A stretch of DNA of 64,000 bases, taken from Oscillospiraceae bacterium. GTDB lineage: Bacteria; Bacillota; Clostridia; Oscillospirales; CAG-272. The stretch lies in assembly GCA_015064095.1 (NCBI GenBank), contig SVSW01000003.1, positions 4,882-68,881 on the forward strand, read 5' to 3'. A model generated the notes under the pieces. It saw only the letters and a program-made list of their open reading frames with translations. It was not told where the DNA came from and did not search any database. Of the stretch, positions 1 through 9,684 are shown one piece after another; position 1 is the first letter of the stretch; the number at the start of each line of letters is the position of its first letter. The translations under genes and the position numbers were made by a program.

Positions 1-545
1 GCGCGGAGCATTTTTCTGTATTCGGCGTTGTCGGAAACGTCCTCGGCAATAATATCGCAAGCACCGGCAAAGGCTTCTTCTATATTATTAACACCCTTTT
101 CCGCATCAACAAAGCCCTCGGCTTGAGCATCAAGCTCCGGCTCGTACTTCGGCAGCTGGGAAAGCAAAAGCTCCGCAAGCGGCTCAAGCCCTTTCTCACG
201 GGCAACGGACGCACGCGTCTTTCTGTGCGGACGGAACGGTCTGTATATATCGTCGACCTCGGTGATAGTCTTTGCCGCGTCTATCGCCGCCTCGATCTCC
301 GGCGTCAGCTTTTCCTGCGCCGCAATAAGATCGCGGACCTCCTGCTTGCGCTTTTCGATGTTGCGAAGATAATTCAAGCGGTCATCGAGCGAACGCAGCA
401 CGGTATCGTCAAGCGAGCCTGTGACCTCTTTTCTGTATCGTGCGATAAACGGGATTGTGTTTCCGTCATCAATGAGCGCAACGGTCTTTTCGACCTGATC
501 TGCTCGGAGCTTAAATTCCTCTGCAAGTGTTTTGATGATATCCAT
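1..545 (-). CDS. tex: Tex-like transcription accessory protein, N-terminal ~181 codons (rest lies beyond the left edge)
   Basis: My own translation of the minus strand from ATG 545-543 gives MDIIKTLAEEFKLRADQVEKTVALIDDGNTIPFIARYRKEVTGSLDD..., a typical Tex N-terminus. It is absent from the ORF track because it has no in-window stop. Confidence 0.8.
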   Translation of the reverse strand, partial: MDIIKTLAEEFKLRADQVEKTVALIDDGNTIPFIARYRKEVTGSLDDTVLRSLDDRLNYLRNIEKRKQEVRDLIAAQEKLTPEIEAAIDAAKTITEVDDIYRPFRPHRKTRASVAREKGLEPLAELLLSQLPKYEPELDAQAEGFVDAEKGVNNIEEAFAGACDIIAEDVSDNAEYRKMLR

Positions 546-546
546 T

Positions 547-1272
547 TTAATTTTCCTTTATATTTCTGTTGTGTTTCTGGATTTCTTTTATTTCGTTTTC
601 GGTCAGCTCACGCCATTCGCCGCGCGCAAGCGCGGGATCAAGCGTCAGCGGTCCGAAGGTCACTCGTTCAAGATAGGTTATCTCATTTCCAATAGCCTCA
701 AACATACGCTTTATCTGATGATACCGCCCCTCGGAAACGGTTATCCTTCCCGATTTGCCTTCATATTCAAGCGCCGCCGGCTTTGTTAGGGATTTTTCGC
801 CGATATCGACCCCGTCCGCAAGCTTTTCTGCCGAAATTTCGCAAAGCTCGTCGCGGCACTCAAAATAATAGGTCTTCGGCACGTGACTGACGGGCGAAAG
901 CAGAAAATGCGCAAGCTCGCCGTCGTCGGTCAGGAGCATAAGTCCCGTTGTATCTCGGTCAAGACGACCGCACGGAAAAAGCCCGAGCTTTCCGTATTTT
1001 TCGGGTAAAAGCTCCATAACCGTCGGCAAACGGCTGTCATCGGTCGCGCTGATATAGCCCTTTGGCTTGTTGAGCATTATATAGGTAAATTCCCGATATA
1101 GGACCTGCTCTCCGTCAAGCGTTATGATATCTTTTTCGGGATCGATCTTCACATCTGCTTTTTTAGCCGCCGCGCCGTTCACAAATATGCGTTTTGCACG
1201 CACCGCGCGCTGTGTTTCGCTGCGCGAAAGCAAGCCGACCGAGGTAAAAAATTTATCAAGTCTCATATTCAT
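547..1272 (-). CDS. rRNA pseudouridine synthase, RsuA/RluB/RluF family
   Basis: 241 aa. N-terminal S4-like RNA-binding region (MRLDKFF..LLSRSE) and catalytic motif GRLDRDTTGLMLLTDDG. Confidence 0.85.
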   Translation of the reverse strand: MNMRLDKFFTSVGLLSRSETQRAVRAKRIFVNGAAAKKADVKIDPEKDIITLDGEQVLYREFTYIMLNKPKGYISATDDSRLPTVMELLPEKYGKLGLFPCGRLDRDTTGLMLLTDDGELAHFLLSPVSHVPKTYYFECRDELCEISAEKLADGVDIGEKSLTKPAALEYEGKSGRITVSEGRYHQIKRMFEAIGNEITYLERVTFGPLTLDPALARGEWRELTENEIKEIQKHNRNIKEN

Positions 1273-3026
1273 ACCGCCGTCTCTTTCGGATTTATCCCGC
1301 TTTCGTAAAGCTGCTTATAGAAGCCGCCCCGTTCGATCAGCTCGTCATGATTGCCCGACTCAACTATGTTACCGTCACGCATAACGAGTATAAGGTCGGC
1401 ATTTTTAACGGTTGAAAGTCTGTGTGCTACAACGAACGACGTTCTGTCCTTTGTCATATCGTCAAAGCAGCGCGAAATTCTCTGCTCCGTTCTCGTGTCG
1501 ACCGAGCTTGTCGCCTCGTCCAGTATCAGGATCGGGGGATCTTTGAGCATAACGCGCGCGATACATAGCAGCTGACGTTCACCGCCCGAAAGGCTTTCTG
1601 CCCCGCTGACGACCGTATCGTAGCCCTGAGGCAAACGTGAAATAAATCCGTGTGCGTGTGCGTTTTTGGCAGCTGCAACTATCTCCTCATCCGTGGCATC
1701 GGGTTTGCCGATAGCTATATTCTCCCGTACAGTTCCGGGCATTATCCACGTATCTTGGAGCACCATTCCGAAATTCTCTCGCAAGCTGTGGCGCGTCAGC
1801 TCACGGATCTTTTTGCCGTCCACCGAAATATCGCCGGACTTTGTATCGTAAAACCTCATAAGCAGGTTTATAAGAGTAGTCTTTCCGCAACCCGTCGGAC
1901 CGACTATTGCGACCTTCATACCTGATTTTATATCAAGGCTGAAATTTTCGATAAGCGGCTTTTCGGGAACATAAGAAAAGCTGATATTATCAAACGAAAT
2001 ATCACCTTGCGCCACGCCCAAGATCTCATTTTCGCCATCATAGGTTTCGGGTGTTTCATCTATCAATGAGAACACACGCTCTGCTGCCGCCGCAGCACCC
2101 TGAAGCTCCGTGATAACGCCCGATATCTCGTTGAACGGCTTTGTGTACTGATTTGCATAGCTGAGCATACAAGTCAGAGTTCCGACCGTAAACGCAGGAT
2201 TTACGAGCGCCGTCATCGCGCCGACCAGTGCCACGATCGCATAAACGATATTATTTACAAATCGCGTCGTAGGATTTGTCAGTGATGACCAAAACGTTGC
2301 CTTCAACGAAACATTTTGCAGTTTTTTATTAAGAGCATCAAATTCCTCTTGCGTCTTTTTCGCGCGAGAAAATGTGCGGACGGTCTTTTGCCCCCTGATC
2401 ATCTCATCGGCATATGCGGTCTGCTCACCGCGCACGCGCGCCTGCTCCTTGAAAAACTTATATGTTTTCGAGGAAACGACCTTCGCAACTACCATTGAAA
2501 GCGGCGTGAGAACAAGCACAACAAGTGCGATTATAGGCGATTCGATAAACATAATGACAAGTGTTGCAATTATCGTTGCAATACCAGTAAATAGCTGTGT
2601 AAAGCCCGTCAGAAGCCCATCGCCGACCTGCTCTGCATCAGATGTGACCGATGAAACGATATCGCCCGACGCACGTCCGTCAAGATATGAGAACGGCAAG
2701 CTCTGGAGCTTATCAAATGCGGCGCGGCGCAGGGCGCACACCGTGCCTGCGGAGATCCTGTTATTTGCAAGATTCATAATATACTGCGCAATCGCCGCCG
2801 CGCCCGTTGCAATACCGATCTTTATAAGAAGATCAAATATAGCTTTGAAATCAACGCGTCCTGCGTCGATCGCACAGTCGATCGCCTGACCGACGAAAAC
2901 GGGGATCAAAAGCGAACCTGCAACATAAATTATCGCGCAAATAACGGTTACGGCAAAAAGAACAATATACTTCTTTGAGAATCCCATAAGGCGCACGATG
3001 GTCGCTCCGGTGTTAGTCTTTTTCAT
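1269..3026 (-). CDS. ABC exporter, fused permease/ATPase subunit (heterodimer partner 2)
   Basis: TM domain plus Walker A GPTGCGKTT, signature LSGGERQ and Walker B ILILDEATS. Start moved to the internal ATG (MKKTNTG) that gives an ATGA overlap with the upstream gene. Confidence 0.85.
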   Translation of the reverse strand: MKKTNTGATIVRLMGFSKKYIVLFAVTVICAIIYVAGSLLIPVFVGQAIDCAIDAGRVDFKAIFDLLIKIGIATGAAAIAQYIMNLANNRISAGTVCALRRAAFDKLQSLPFSYLDGRASGDIVSSVTSDAEQVGDGLLTGFTQLFTGIATIIATLVIMFIESPIIALVVLVLTPLSMVVAKVVSSKTYKFFKEQARVRGEQTAYADEMIRGQKTVRTFSRAKKTQEEFDALNKKLQNVSLKATFWSSLTNPTTRFVNNIVYAIVALVGAMTALVNPAFTVGTLTCMLSYANQYTKPFNEISGVITELQGAAAAAERVFSLIDETPETYDGENEILGVAQGDISFDNISFSYVPEKPLIENFSLDIKSGMKVAIVGPTGCGKTTLINLLMRFYDTKSGDISVDGKKIRELTRHSLRENFGMVLQDTWIMPGTVRENIAIGKPDATDEEIVAAAKNAHAHGFISRLPQGYDTVVSGAESLSGGERQLLCIARVMLKDPPILILDEATSSVDTRTEQRISRCFDDMTKDRTSFVVAHRLSTVKNADLILVMRDGNIVESGNHDELIERGGFYKQLYESGINPKETAV

Positions 3027-4756
3027 ATAGACGCACCTCCCATCTGCGAGTCGCAGATCTCGCGGTATATCTCGCAAGCTGCGTAAAGCTCTTCATGAGA
3101 GCCGACTCCGACAGGCTCTCCGCCGTCAAGCACGAGTATTTGGTCGCAACCCCGCACACTTACGGCGCGCTGAGAAATAACGAGCACCGAAGGAGCAAAA
3201 TCAAGCTCCGATATGGCGCGAAGCAGATTTGCCTCCGTCAGTTGATCAAGCGCCGATGAGCTATTGTCAAGTATGAGTATCTCGGGGCGGCGCACAAGTG
3301 CGCGCGCGATGGTCAGCCGCTGGCGCTGACCTCCCGAAAGATTTCTTCCGTTCTGCCCCACCTCAATATCGAGCGTGTTTTCCTCACCGGATTTGATCTC
3401 CTTCAACTGTGCTGCATTGAGAGCCGCCATTATTTCCTCGTCCGTCGCATCGGGCTTGCCCCATTTAATATTATCGCGCACCGTGCCGCGGAAAAGCTCA
3501 ACATTTTGCGCAACGTATCCGATCCTCGAACGAAGCTCGGTCTCCCCGTATTCACGTACATTCCGTCCGTTAACAAGTACCTCCCCGCCCGTTGCATCAT
3601 AAAAGCGCGGAATAAGCGCAGCAAGTGTGGTCTTACCCGATCCCGTGCCACCGATAACGCCTAACTTTTGACCTTTTTTGAGTGTAATATTTATGTTTTT
3701 GAGCGCATCGCCAGACGCGCCGGCATATCTGAAATCAACGTCACGAAGCGAAAGCACGGGTGCGTTCGCATCGACCGTATTTGTGCCGGCAACCTTAAGC
3801 ATATCCGCATTTTCGTCCATGACCGCGGAAATTCTTCCGGCGCAAGCGATAGATTTTGTTACCGTGATGATCAGGTTAGCCATTTTGATAAGCTCAACGA
3901 GGATCTGCGTCATGTAATTGTAAAGTGCGATCATCTGTCCCTGTGTGAGAAGTCCCGTGTCAACTCCGTCCGCACTGTAATAAAGGAGCGCGATTATCGC
4001 GATATTTATAATTACATAGGTCAAAGGATTGAGAAGTCCCGAGATGCGGCCCGCAACGATCTGCATTTTCGTCAGGCTTTCGGAGCGCTCGGCAAACTCG
4101 GCATTTTCGTTATCCTCCATGCAAAACGCGCGGAGCACGCGCGCGCCCGCAAGATTTGAGCTGACCTTACCCGTCACCGCATCGAGCTTCGTTCGCGATT
4201 TTCTGTATAGCGGTACTCCCGCAGTCAAAATTATAAAAACCACAACGAGCAAAACGGGGATCGTTACGGCAAAAACCGCAGCCGTGGCAGGGGCTGCCGC
4301 ACCAACGGCAAAAGTCATGATCATCGCACCGAAAACGACAAAGGGCGAGCGCAAAAGTAGGCGCAAAGTGAGATTTATGCCCGTCTGCACCTGGTTTATA
4401 TCGCTTGTCATTCTCGTGATAAGTGTTGGAGTTCCTATTCTGTCAAGCTGAGGAAAAGATAGTGTCTGAATTTTCTCAAAAAGAGCTGAGCGCAGCTCTG
4501 CCGATGCACCGCAAGCGGCTTTTGCGGCAAAATACTGTGCAGTAAGCGCGCAAGCAAGCCCTGCTGCTCCCATAATGATAAGGAGCAAGCACATTTTAAC
4601 TATGTAACTCCTATCTCCGTTCGCAATACCGATATCGGCAATAGACGCAACAACAAGCGGCACGGAAAGCTCGAGCACCGCCTCAAACAGTTTGAATAGC
4701 GGACCGATTATTGCGTGCACGCGGTAATTTTTAAGATATTTCAATACTTTCTTCAT
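3023..4756 (-). CDS. ABC exporter, fused permease/ATPase subunit (heterodimer partner 1)
   Basis: 577 aa. TM domain plus Walker A GGTGSGKTT, LSGGQRQR and ILILDNSSSALD. Confidence 0.85.
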   Translation of the reverse strand: MKKVLKYLKNYRVHAIIGPLFKLFEAVLELSVPLVVASIADIGIANGDRSYIVKMCLLLIIMGAAGLACALTAQYFAAKAACGASAELRSALFEKIQTLSFPQLDRIGTPTLITRMTSDINQVQTGINLTLRLLLRSPFVVFGAMIMTFAVGAAAPATAAVFAVTIPVLLVVVFIILTAGVPLYRKSRTKLDAVTGKVSSNLAGARVLRAFCMEDNENAEFAERSESLTKMQIVAGRISGLLNPLTYVIINIAIIALLYYSADGVDTGLLTQGQMIALYNYMTQILVELIKMANLIITVTKSIACAGRISAVMDENADMLKVAGTNTVDANAPVLSLRDVDFRYAGASGDALKNINITLKKGQKLGVIGGTGSGKTTLAALIPRFYDATGGEVLVNGRNVREYGETELRSRIGYVAQNVELFRGTVRDNIKWGKPDATDEEIMAALNAAQLKEIKSGEENTLDIEVGQNGRNLSGGQRQRLTIARALVRRPEILILDNSSSALDQLTEANLLRAISELDFAPSVLVISQRAVSVRGCDQILVLDGGEPVGVGSHEELYAACEIYREICDSQMGGASI

Positions 4757-4823
4757 CTTGACGTCCCAATTTTACATATTTAGTATATTATACTACATAT
4801 TACCGAATTTTTCAATAGATAAA

Positions 4824-4849
4824 GAAAAAAAGGTCAGCACAGCTGACCC
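4824..4849 (-). terminator. Rho-independent terminator after the 149-aa gene
   Basis: GGTCAGC/GCTGACC stem (4832-4838 / 4842-4848) followed on the minus strand by a T-run (A-run 4824-4831 on plus). Confidence 0.6.
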
Positions 4850-4854
4850 GTTTT

Positions 4855-5304
4855 TCAAAGAAAGACCTTCATCTTTTCGATATTCTTTTCCTCAAATTTA
4901 ACAATATCGCGTGCAAGCGAGATCTCGTCGCAGCCGCCACATTCGTCCTCGGATTCATGGATCTTGCGAAGAAGATCGGTGATATTCATGGTCGAGCCTT
5001 GGATCATCATTTCTGCGATGTGACTTGACGTCGAGTCCGCAAGCGTGTTCATTGTAATTCCCATTTTCGCCATCCATTTGCTGAGGGGGGATTCCTCCTT
5101 TGCCTCCTCACCCTTCTTTTTGATAAGAGCCTGGGCCTTTGCCGCAAATTGCTCATACTCCGCAAGCTGTTCGGACATCTCTGCCTTCAGCTTTTCGTTT
5201 TTGACCTTTGGCATAAGAGTCAAAGTGAGATCCGATCCCATACGAACGTTTTTGTAAATAGCCTCGGAAAGCTCACCGAGACGGCTGATTGTTTCTGTTG
5301 ACAT
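4855..5304 (-). CDS. Hypothetical helical protein
   Basis: 149-aa ORF with its own terminator. No motif recognised; charged and helical in character. Confidence 0.5.
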   Translation of the reverse strand: MSTETISRLGELSEAIYKNVRMGSDLTLTLMPKVKNEKLKAEMSEQLAEYEQFAAKAQALIKKKGEEAKEESPLSKWMAKMGITMNTLADSTSSHIAEMMIQGSTMNITDLLRKIHESEDECGGCDEISLARDIVKFEEKNIEKMKVFL

Positions 5305-5364
5305 AATTCCTCCAAAAAAAGATATGCGGTTTGAAATTATCTTCCCACATATCTCTTTTTTTAT

Positions 5365-6342
5365 TCAGGAATTTCTGATCTTTTGCGCGCGCACATCAAC
5401 GCCGCGGAATACAAGAGGATAATATTCACCGAACATACGGCTCGTTATTCTGTCACTATAACGCTCTCGAAGCTCCTTTTGAGTAAGATTCGTGCTGATA
5501 ACGGTCGGCCTGCCGAGATTCATTCTTGTATTTATCAAATTGTAAAGAGTTGAAACGGTAAACTGGTTGGTCATCTCCGTTCCAAGATCGTCAATGATCA
5601 AAAGATCGCAATCAAAGCAACGCTCGGGCGATTCCTGTATATATGATGCCGTGCGTCCGAATTGCGCAAATTCAAAACCCGAGAACATATTGATCGCGCT
5701 GACATAATAAACATCGTAACCGCGTTCGATAACCGTTTTTGCAAGAGCGCTTGAAAGATGCGTTTTACCAAGTCCCGTGCCGCCCATAAGGAGCAGATTG
5801 GGGGCGCCTTTGCCGCGGAAGGTATGCGCATAATTTTTCATATATTCAAGCACCATCGACATCATCGAATGTGCTTCGGCGTTTGATTTGTAATAATCAA
5901 GCGAAAAGCTCTCAAAGGTCTGCGTGCGGAGAAGATTTGCAATACCCGACGACTCATAGCCGGCGAGTATCAGCTCTCGGCGCATACACTCACACATATA
6001 CCCGTCGCAAAATCCCGAATCCATACACTTTTCACATTCGTATTTTACGTCGGTATAATCCTCGGGATAACCGGCGGCTGCGAGCATTTCCCTTTTCTTT
6101 TTTTGCAAAAGCTCGTTTTCTCGGCGTATCTCTGCCACCTTTTCGGCACAGTTCTCACCTGCAGAAAGCGCTGCCGCCATGACCTTCATACCAACGGACG
6201 AAAGCTCCGCATTTATCTCGGCAAGACCCGGAATATGAGCCTCGGCATCAGCACGTCGCGCGTCTGCTGCGGCGTGGGCGTCCTTGTATTTATTTTCGTA
6301 CGCCTCGCGTATTCGGGCGTAGTTTTCTTTATTGTAGCCCAT
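5365..6342 (-). CDS. dnaI: Replicative helicase loader, DnaI/DnaC family AAA+ ATPase
   Basis: Walker A GGTGLGKTHL and Walker B LLIIDDLGTE. The Cys-rich N-terminal segment CEKCMDSGFCDGYMCEC fits the DnaI zinc module. Sits 2 nt downstream of the DnaD-domain gene. Confidence 0.75.
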   Translation of the reverse strand: MGYNKENYARIREAYENKYKDAHAAADARRADAEAHIPGLAEINAELSSVGMKVMAAALSAGENCAEKVAEIRRENELLQKKKREMLAAAGYPEDYTDVKYECEKCMDSGFCDGYMCECMRRELILAGYESSGIANLLRTQTFESFSLDYYKSNAEAHSMMSMVLEYMKNYAHTFRGKGAPNLLLMGGTGLGKTHLSSALAKTVIERGYDVYYVSAINMFSGFEFAQFGRTASYIQESPERCFDCDLLIIDDLGTEMTNQFTVSTLYNLINTRMNLGRPTVISTNLTQKELRERYSDRITSRMFGEYYPLVFRGVDVRAQKIRNS

Positions 6343-6344
6343 TT

Positions 6345-7295
6345 TTACCCCTTCATCTTTTCCATGCTGCGACGGAGCGCCGCCTCAAAGAAATCGTCTG
6401 TATCAAAGCTGCCCTCCCCGGGAAGCTTTTCGGCGATAGCCGCTTCAATATCCGCAAGAGTTTTTAAGCCCTCTTTGTTAAAGCGTTCAAGCACTGCGTT
6501 TGCATATGCCGGACTCGGCTCATGTATTGCATCGACCGTGATCTCATATGCCTTTTTGATGATATCCATATCATACCCGAATGCATTTACCCACTTGTCG
6601 ATAAACTTTTTTTCTTTAGTTGTCAGCTCGCGGTCGCCCATACCGAAAAGATTGCGTATCTGCCATTCAAGATCTGCGATCTTTCTTGCATTTTCAATAT
6701 GTTTTGAAAGTGCGTCGATAGTCGTCACGCCGTCGTCGTAAAGCCCGAACGCCTTTTTCTCTATGTAGCGGAGCGATTTCTTTCCGATACTGACACAAAA
6801 ATCGCAAAGCGTGAGTATGAACAAGCCGTCAAGCCCAAGATAGTCCTCAAGTCCGAGCACGATGTTGACCTCGTGCGTATTGAATATCTTGCCGACCACA
6901 TTTTGACATTCATTTATAAGCTGTGCTGTGTCCTTGCGCTTTTCGAGCAATTCGGTAAGCTCGTCCGTCGTGTACTGCGGAAGCTCATCGTCACGGGAAA
7001 GCTTGGTCTTTTTTTCGTGCTTTTCTTCTTTTTCGGGCACGGTTAGCGGTTCTTCCTCGGAGCTTTCAAGCACACCTGCTCCGCGCCAAAACGCAAGAGC
7101 TGCGGCGAGCTCCGCCTCGGTGCAGGCGCACGCGCTCGCGGCGGCAGCCGCATCAGCCTCGCAAAGCGAGAGGAGCTCGGGCGACGCACCGAGGCAAAAC
7201 AGCACCTTTATATCCTTTTTCGTTGCGCGGTCAAGCTTGCCGACTGCCGAAGCCGGCAGGACCGAAACCTGCGATCCGTACTTAAATGTTATCAT
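6345..7295 (-). CDS. DnaD-domain replication initiation protein (DnaB/DnaD-like)
   Basis: 316 aa. The C-terminal segment (KEKKFIDKWVNAFGYDMDIIKKAYEITV...AYANAVLERF) resembles a DnaD domain. Position immediately before dnaI. Confidence 0.65.
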   Translation of the reverse strand: MITFKYGSQVSVLPASAVGKLDRATKKDIKVLFCLGASPELLSLCEADAAAAASACACTEAELAAALAFWRGAGVLESSEEEPLTVPEKEEKHEKKTKLSRDDELPQYTTDELTELLEKRKDTAQLINECQNVVGKIFNTHEVNIVLGLEDYLGLDGLFILTLCDFCVSIGKKSLRYIEKKAFGLYDDGVTTIDALSKHIENARKIADLEWQIRNLFGMGDRELTTKEKKFIDKWVNAFGYDMDIIKKAYEITVDAIHEPSPAYANAVLERFNKEGLKTLADIEAAIAEKLPGEGSFDTDDFFEAALRRSMEKMKG

Positions 7296-7972
7296 TTCTT
7301 TTTGTCCTTAATATTTTTCTCTCTTACACCGTAGCAAAGCGTCATAAGCGAGTCTCCGAGATAAACGTCTTCAAAAACCATATTCCGTCCTGTTTTTATC
7401 TCTTTACCCGTAAAGTTCCAAATGCCCTTTATGCCTGCCGCAGAAAGCCTTTCAACTTCGTCGTCGGCAACCTCTTTCGGTAATGCCAGCACTGCAATAT
7501 CTATTCTCTTATCGGAGCAAAAGTCTTTGAGATCCTTCATGTCATATACTTTAACACCGCCGAATTCTTTGCCGATGACCTCGTCAGATATATCGAACAT
7601 GGCAACAACATCAACGCCGCGGCGTTCAAACATACGGGTTCCGACGAGCGCGCGCCCGAGGTTGCCCGCTCCTATTATGATCGCAGAAAAATTATCCGCA
7701 ACGCCGAGTATCTCACTGATCTTTGCAAAAAGATAGTTGACATTGTAGCCGTATCCCTGCTGACCGAAGCCTCCGAAGCAATTAAGATCCTGGCGTATCT
7801 GCGACGCCGTGACATTCATAAGCTTTGAAAGCTCACCGGAGCTGATGCGTGACTGACCGGCACGTATAAGCTCACGCAGGTATCTGTAATACCTTGGAAG
7901 ACGGCGAATAACCGCAGGAGAAACATTTTCCACACGGTCAATTATTTCTTTATTAAAAATGTCTTCGTTCAT
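7292..7972 (-). CDS. rex: Redox-sensing transcriptional repressor Rex
   Basis: PAVIRRLPRYYRYLREL winged-helix N-terminus and Rossmann motif IIIGAGNLGRAL. Start set at ATG 7972 (MNEDIF), which has an upstream GAGGAAAGGG SD. The stop overlaps the dnaD-like start (ATGA). Confidence 0.85.
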   Translation of the reverse strand: MNEDIFNKEIIDRVENVSPAVIRRLPRYYRYLRELIRAGQSRISSGELSKLMNVTASQIRQDLNCFGGFGQQGYGYNVNYLFAKISEILGVADNFSAIIIGAGNLGRALVGTRMFERRGVDVVAMFDISDEVIGKEFGGVKVYDMKDLKDFCSDKRIDIAVLALPKEVADDEVERLSAAGIKGIWNFTGKEIKTGRNMVFEDVYLGDSLMTLCYGVREKNIKDKKK

Positions 7973-8070
7973 GCGTTTGCCCTTTCCTCGGTTTTTGTGC
8001 ACATCATACAAAATCGCGCACCTTCCGACCTTTGATCTTATAATTCGCATTTTACATTTTATTCACCGAG

Positions 8071-8100
8071 TTATCCACAGTTTCAACAGGTTTTTCCACA
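8071..8100 (+). promoter_or_regulatory. Two DnaA-box-like 9-mers
   Basis: TTATCCACA at 8071-8079 is a perfect consensus. TTTTCCACA at 8092-8100 has one mismatch, is in the same orientation and starts 21 bp later. Confidence 0.4.
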
Positions 8101-8248
8101 GAAAAACCGCTGATTTCCCTTACTGTGGGCTCAATTTCTGCCGATTTTTGTCGTTTTCTGTGTTTGTCGGATATTTACTGCCTTATTCACTTTTTGAAAT
8201 TTTAACCAAAAATCGGCTTTTGTTTATTTCAACAAAATTTGTTAAATT

Positions 8249-9247
8249 TCAGTCGTTTGCCGAGGCATTAAGCTCCGTTCCCGAGAAGCATTCTGCCACG
8301 TATTCGAAATATCCCGCCATAGCTACCATCGCGGCATTGTCGCCGCAAAGAGAGATCGGCGGAACTGTCAGATCAGCTCCGTTTTTATCGCAAATCTTGC
8401 CGATAGCGGCGCGCAGATGTGAGTTCGCGGCAACACCGCCCGCAAGCACCATTCGCCGATATCCCGTTCGGGAAAGCGCGATATCGCACTTCTTTGCCAA
8501 CGCATCAACAACGGCTTTTGTATAAGACGCCGCAATATCAGCTGTATTAAGCTCTCCGCCCTTCATCTTCTCGGAGTTGATGTAATTCAAAGCTGCGGTC
8601 TTGATACCGCTGAAAGAAAAATCAAGATTGTCGCCCAAAAGTGCCGGAGACGGCAATTTCAAAGCCGTGGGATCTCCCTCGTATGCAAGCTTATCAAGCG
8701 CCGCGCCGCCGGGATACGGCATACCGATAACGCGCCCTATCTTATCAAACGCCTCGCCTGCCGCGTCATCGCGCGTTGAGCCGATCGTATTAAATGTTCT
8801 GTGGTCGGTAACCTCAAATATCGAGGTGTGGCCGCCCGAAACGATCAAAGCAAGAAAAGGCGGTTCAAGCGTGGGATCGGCAAGATATGCAGCAGCCGCA
8901 TGAGCTTTGACGTGATTGACTGCAACAAGCGGGATATTCCTTGAAAATGCAAGCGATTTTGCAAAGTTCACACCCACGAGCAAAGCGCCGATGAGCCCCG
9001 GATTCGCCGTGACGGCAATGGCCCCGATATCGGATATCGTAACACCTGCACTATCAAGTGCCTCATATGTTATTTTAGATATGGTCTCAATATGCGCACG
9101 GCTTGCGATCTCGGGTACGACACCGCCGTAGAGCCTGTGCACATCGACCTGCGACGCAACGATATTCGAAAGTATCTTGCGCGTTTCCCCGTCGATTACG
9201 GCAACGGACGTTTCATCGCACGAGCTTTCCATTCCAAGTATAAGCAT
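8249..9247 (-). CDS. tsaD: tRNA N6-adenosine threonylcarbamoyltransferase TsaD
   Basis: MLILGMESSCDETSVAV N-terminus; 332 aa Kae1/TsaD architecture. Confidence 0.9.
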   Translation of the reverse strand: MLILGMESSCDETSVAVIDGETRKILSNIVASQVDVHRLYGGVVPEIASRAHIETISKITYEALDSAGVTISDIGAIAVTANPGLIGALLVGVNFAKSLAFSRNIPLVAVNHVKAHAAAAYLADPTLEPPFLALIVSGGHTSIFEVTDHRTFNTIGSTRDDAAGEAFDKIGRVIGMPYPGGAALDKLAYEGDPTALKLPSPALLGDNLDFSFSGIKTAALNYINSEKMKGGELNTADIAASYTKAVVDALAKKCDIALSRTGYRRMVLAGGVAANSHLRAAIGKICDKNGADLTVPPISLCGDNAAMVAMAGYFEYVAECFSGTELNASAND

Positions 9248-9684
9248 TAAAATTTTTTCTCCATTATTATAGCAGCCTCTGTCGGCTTGCGGTAAAAATT
9301 ATTGCGACGTCCGACAGCCGAAAAGCCCATTTTTTCATAAAGAGATCTCGCGGCAACGTTTGATTCGCGAACCTCGAGCGTAACGAAAGAAAGTCCTCTG
9401 TCCTTTGCTTCATCAAGCATGGCGGAAAGCGTCCTTTCACCAAGTCCCATTCGGCGAAAATCTCTGTCGGTTGCAATGTCGGTGATCTGGCCCTCGTCAA
9501 GCACGCAGATCATTCCGCCGTAAGCCGCAAGAACGCCGTCAACAAGCGTAACAAAGCCAAAGGTGTTCGGCTCAAGCAAAAAATTCAACTCGTTTTCATG
9601 CCACGGCTCGGCAAAAACACGGCTCTCAAGCTCCGCAACCGAGGGTATATCTGCTTTTTCGAGCCTTCGTGTTAATATCATCAA
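9247..9684 (-). CDS. rimI: Ribosomal-protein-alanine N-acetyltransferase
   Basis: 145-aa GNAT (RRMGLGERTL acetyl-CoA loop), adjacent to and overlapping tsaD. Confidence 0.75.
   Translation of the reverse strand: MMILTRRLEKADIPSVAELESRVFAEPWHENELNFLLEPNTFGFVTLVDGVLAAYGGMICVLDEGQITDIATDRDFRRMGLGERTLSAMLDEAKDRGLSFVTLEVRESNVAARSLYEKMGFSAVGRRNNFYRKPTEAAIIMEKKF

Noticed and set aside
123-695. 190-aa plus-strand ORF at the left edge
   Set aside because: It runs antisense to the clearly recognisable Tex N-terminus (1-545) and into the pseudouridine synthase gene. It has an Arg/Leu-rich, low-information composition and is a shadow ORF.
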